A DNA stretch of 63,990 bases, counting the filler, from Peribolospora baueri (Eukaryota): assembly GCA_029717555.1 (NCBI GenBank). It is 3 parts of 3 records of this genome, joined end to end, with 100 filler letters (N's around TTAATTAATTAA, not from the genome) between each part and the next. Parts side by side here need not be neighbours in the genome. Positions count along the whole stretch, not along the records: positions 59,781 to 63,990 come from JAMDHS010000206.1; 2 more parts are not named here. One strand, 5' to 3'. The notes beneath the pieces are model-generated. The model saw nothing but the letters and a program-made list of their open reading frames with translations, had not been told where the DNA came from and did no database searches. Both the position numbers and the translations under genes were made by a program. Position 1 is the first letter of the stretch. Every line of letters begins with the position of its first letter. This document shows, piece by piece, positions 59,781 to 63,990 of the stretch.

Positions 59781-61451
59781 TTTTTTTTTTTTTTTTTTTT
59801 TTTTTTTTTTCCATTAGGCACTTACCTACCTACCTGCGTCGGCTGGAGGGGGAAGGGAGGAGAAGGGAGGGGGTGGGGAGGGTGTTCGTATGGCTGCGGC
59901 GGCAAGGGGCCCGTGTTGCAGCGAGGGCTATTTGTGGGAGATGGGATGGGAGGAGAATGCGTCTCCGTTCTTTCTTTCTTTTTTTTCGTTCTTTCTACCC
60001 TTTCATGTTCTGTTTATCATTCCGTCATTATCTTGCCGTCGCTGCCACCGCCACCGTCACCGTCACCGTCACCGTCATCCTGACGCTCAGCAGAGAGAGG
60101 GTGTGGTATGGGCGGATGCAGAGCGCGGATCACTCATGACCGAGGCGCAGGCCAATCCATTCGGCTGGTAGGGTAGGTAGGCCGTCCTTCCGACCGTTCT
60201 TCCTTCCCTCTTTCCGTCCGTCGCCCGCGCCCCGTCGTCCTCGCTTTGGCGGAGTAAGAGACGTGGGCGGATGGCGGATGAGCTATGGTTGAGACCTTGT
60301 TTCATCTGCGACGGACGGACCCGACGGAAGGAGGGCTGTGCAAATATAGCATGTATCCGTTGCCGGTCATCCGCGCCGCATACCGCAGCACCATATCATA
60401 TCATACCATCCATCATCCATCCATCGATGACTGTCGTCGTTGGAGCCAGGCGTCTCGGCCCGTAGTTCCCTTCTTACCTGGCCAGTCGTTCGTTCGTCGC
60501 GCGGCTCCGTTCCACTCCACTCCACTCCACTCCTGGGCCGGCGGACACGGTTAGTTAGCGGCCAGGTCTCCTTGATCTCGGCGTCGGGAGCGGGCGCGCT
60601 AACCTCCGCCGCTAACCAGGTTGGTCGGGTCGGACGATGGTGAATATCGATCAATTCGATCGTCGGCGAGGACGGCGCGGCGAACGCAGTCGAAGCGGTG
60701 CCGGACTAAGACCGTGGGTATGGATGGTGGGCTGGACGTCGCCCGCCTGCCTGCCCCCGTTTTTCGCCATCGTTTGGCGGATCGTCGAGCGGAGGCTGAT
60801 CTGCTCGACGCTCGTTCCTCTCTTGTCTCTCTGCCGGCCGGCCCGTCCGCCCAGCCCACATCCCACCGCCGCCGCAGCCGTATCTCATCGCGCCGCTTCT
60901 TTGTTGTATCGGTGGACTTGTAATGGTCCATTACAAGCGACGCGGCGCTCCACGCTCATTTCATTTCACTCATTCATTCGGCTTTTTGCGCGTCCGCCCT
61001 TGCCCACGCGCTCCGCTTCCTCGCCGGCCCATCGTGAGGGGAGGTCGAGGACGAGGCCGAGACTGCGCCGCGCCCATGCCGGGCTGCGCTCGCTCGCTCT
61101 TCTCTCCGCTTCCATTCCCTTCTCTTCTCTCCCTTCTACCACCATCCCCCTTGCCCTCCACCACCATCGATCCCCCTATCCATCATCTCCTCCTCCCCCA
61201 CCCATCCACCGCTTTCCTCACCGTCTACACAGACACCCACATTCCTTAACCCCCGCCCCGCCCTCCCACCCCCCCAGCTCCCACCACGCTCCATCCCACG
61301 CCCTCGGTTCTCGCAGCGCGCAACCCAGACGTTCTCCCAGGTCGCCCTTCCCATCCACAGCATTCACTCGTCCCCCACGGGCCCAGCCCCTTCCACTTCG
61401 TCCCCTCACCCTCTCTTGTTGTATTAACACGTGGACTTCTCCCCATCAGCC

Positions 61452-63237
61452 ATGGTCAAGTGCAGCCTCTCCACCGTCCTTCTCACGGCTCTCGCCGTCT
61501 CCGGCCCCCTCGCCGAGGCCAGCATCTCCGCGCGTCACAACGCTGGCCTCGCTGGCGTCGCCAACTCACACCAGCATGCCAAGCGCATGCACCGCGTCGT
61601 CAGGCGCGGCAACTACACCTCGACCGACTCGGGCGCCCCCAAGGCCGAGGCCCAGGTCAAGGTGAACGCCTACACGCAGTCCTCCCCGGACGCGGCGCCG
61701 TCCTCGACCGTCTGGCACCAGGCGGCCGCCGCCTCGTCTCCCAAGGCCGGCGACAACGGCTGGAACAACGGCAACGACGACAACAACAACCAGGGTTCCT
61801 CTCACAGCGCTGGCTCTCCCACCTACCACCCTTGGGCTGCCCCCACCGGCAAGATGACCATCCCCGATTCGGCCATGCACAAGGCTAACCCTGAGGATGG
61901 CAGCAGCAGCAGCAGCCAGAGCCAGAGCCAGCAGCCCTCGGCGTCGTGGAGCCACAAGTCGGAGAAGATGCCCATCGCCACCAACGTCCATTCCGGTTCG
62001 TCCTCCGCGTCCCGCCCCTGGTCGTCTGCCCACCCCGCCGCGTCCGGCGTCTGGTCCTTGGCGGCCGCCGGTTCCTCCCGTCCCTGGTCCTCCTCCGCCG
62101 CTCCCTCTCGCGTCTGGTCCTCCGCCTCCGCCGCTTCGTCCGGCAACTCGACCTCGTCTAAGAAAGTCACCGAGACGACCACCCAGGCGTTGACGTCGAC
62201 CATCACCGATTACGTGACCGTGACCGTGACGGACACGATCACCGACGCGTCTGGCTCGACGGCGACGACCGTCAGGACGACCGCAACGCCGAGGACCACG
62301 ACCACCCACTACACCACCGCCGTCGTCACCACCCACGCCGCTGCTCCCACGTCCGCCCCTGCCCCCTCCAACCCGGACTCGACCCAAGGCTCATCCTCCA
62401 GCCCCTCCAACGACGAGGAATGCACCGATACCGCCAGCCCGACCCAGACTGGTAGTGCCCCTTCCTCGACCTCCGGCTCGTCTTCGTCCGGCTCCTCTTC
62501 GTCGAATGACGACGACTGCGATGATGATCAGGAACCGGAGGATGACTGCGATGATGATCAGGAACCGGAGGATGACTGTGACGACGACGAGGACGACAAC
62601 AACGATGGAAGTGACGACGACTGCGACGAGTCCTCTTCGGCCTCCGCTCCCGCCCCCACCACGCCGGCAGCTACCACTACGTACAAGCCGACGACTACGT
62701 CGGCTCCCACCTCGTCTCCCACCAAGCCTCCGTCCACGACGACCCAGAAGCCCTGGACCACCACCTCTTCCGCTCACCCCACTACCACTTCCTCCTCGTC
62801 CGGTGGTGGTGGCCTTGCCGGTCTCTTCAACGGCATCGCTACGTTCTTCTACCAGGGCGGAGCGGCGGGTGCTTGTGGAAACGTAAATCCCGACTCGGCC
62901 AAGATCGTCGCGGTCAACTCTGCCCAGTACAAGCAGTCCCTCTGCGGCAAGACGGTCACCATCAAGGGCAACGGCGGTTCCGTCCAGGCTACCGTCGCCG
63001 ACGAGTGCCCCGGCTGCGGTTACGGCTCCTTGGTAAGCCTTCGTCCGCTCCTCTTTGTCCCGCTCGTCCGCGTGGAATTCTACCGCGCATTGCCATTGTG
63101 GCCTCTGCCTCCACGTCGCTCACCTCTTCCTCGGTTGCTCTCCCTTTCTCCAGGACATGAGCCTCGGCACCTTCCAGGCGCTCGAGTCCAACCTCGGCGT
63201 TGGAACGTTCAAGATCTCCTGGAACTTTGACGACTGA
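61452..63237 (+). CDS. Secreted expansin-like / loosenin-type DPBB (RlpA-like) protein with a long Ser/Thr-rich stalk
   Basis: A signal peptide starts MVKCSLSTVLLTALAV. The C-terminus reads ATFFYQGGAAGACG..IVAVN..CGKTVTI..ATVADECPGCGYGSL/DMS..FQAL..ISWNF. One intron at 63033-63153. Confidence 0.9.
62511..62580 (+). repeat. 30-bp tandem repeat encoding DDCDDDQEPE (x2.3)
   Basis: GA(C/T)GACTGCGATGATGATCAGGAACCGGAG occurs at 62511 and 62541, with a partial copy at 62571. Confidence 0.9.
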
Positions 63238-63903
63238 GTCGTCCTCGGTCCCTCCTGCCCTCCCCTTCCTCCGTTAGAGACTGCGTCTCTGGCTTGTCAT
63301 CAGACTGGTTCTCCTCTTCCTCTTCATATCCCTTCCTGTTTCCCTCTTCTGCTCTTCATCATCAGACTGGTTCTCCTTTTTATCCCTTCCCGTTTGCCTC
63401 TTCCGCTTTTCATCCTCCCGGGCGCACCGAGTGCCGCTCGCAGCCTTCGCCTTCTTCTCTCTGCTCTGCCACGGTCTTCTCTCCTCATTCCCTTTCCTCT
63501 CTCATCGGAGTGTTGGTACACGATACGGTGGCTGCGCCACTATGATCCAAACCCATCTGCAATCTCATGCCATGGCTGGTCCAGCGTTTATGGCACGTTG
63601 TTCAATGTCCAATCCATTCCCTCGTCGTGAGTGCGTCCGTTGGGGGGAGGGAAAGCGGGCGGGCGAGCGAAGCGAGGTAGGGAAGAAAAACGCGAAGCGA
63701 TGCCGTCGTTCGTTGGTTGCAACGGATATAAGCTACGAGGATGGATGTGTGTGTGCGTGCGGTAGTGACATGCGTACGTGCGTAAGTGCGGTGCCATGTC
63801 ATGCCATCGGGCGAGGGGTGGGTGGAAAATCTATGGGCCAGCCACTAAAATAAAAGCTACCAGGGTGAATTGACGGGGCGGGCCATCCTTCCTCCTTTTT
63901 TCT

Positions 63904-63948
63904 TTCCTTCCTTCCTTCCTTCCTTCCTTCCTTCCTTCCTTCCTTCCT

Positions 63949-63990
<42 letters not shown>
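63904..63990. repeat. (CTTC)n microsatellite and terminal poly-T
   Basis: Read directly from the sequence. Confidence 0.9.

Noticed and set aside
59781..61451. 342-aa ORF (60637-61665) and simple repeats upstream of the expansin-like gene
   Set aside because: It is a low-complexity translation of C/T-rich promoter or 5'UTR. The (CACCGT)n and (TCCAC)n runs are ordinary microsatellites, not a spacer array.

Overview
This is GC-rich, intron-rich fungal DNA, most likely basidiomycete. It is three contigs joined by two artificial 100-nt linkers (N44-TTAATTAATTAA-N44 at 29798-29897 and 59681-59780), so adjacency across the linkers has no biological meaning. Most of the window is spliced housekeeping genes: a P4-ATPase (partial), RPC31, KRE33/NAT10, a UPF0658-like membrane protein, TFIP11, an unknown membrane-anchored protein, a polyol dehydrogenase, a GH18 (partial), UTP15, a GH2, MIX23/Cid2, a PMP47-like carrier, KCH1-like, a HAD phosphatase, CCDC47-like, RPL3, SAL1, MDM34 and an expansin-like DPBB protein. 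The standout is a 2.74-kb cassette (2912-5649) between two convergent housekeeping genes. It is bracketed by a 20-bp inverted repeat (19/20 match) and carries one intronless 813-codon ORF, preceded by a TATA-like box. The ORF fuses a 14-residue coiled-coil repeat and a Ty3/Gypsy Gag-like fragment to a GH5 exo-glucanase-like domain whose catalytic nucleophile is changed (GEWS to GGWS). This looks like a mobile gene-capture unit encoding a Gag-pseudoenzyme chimera. Secondary findings are a required GC donor with a competing frameshifting GT in RPL3, and a Tbf1/Cbf1-like motif pair upstream of RPL3. All family calls come from motif recognition by eye; no database search was run.
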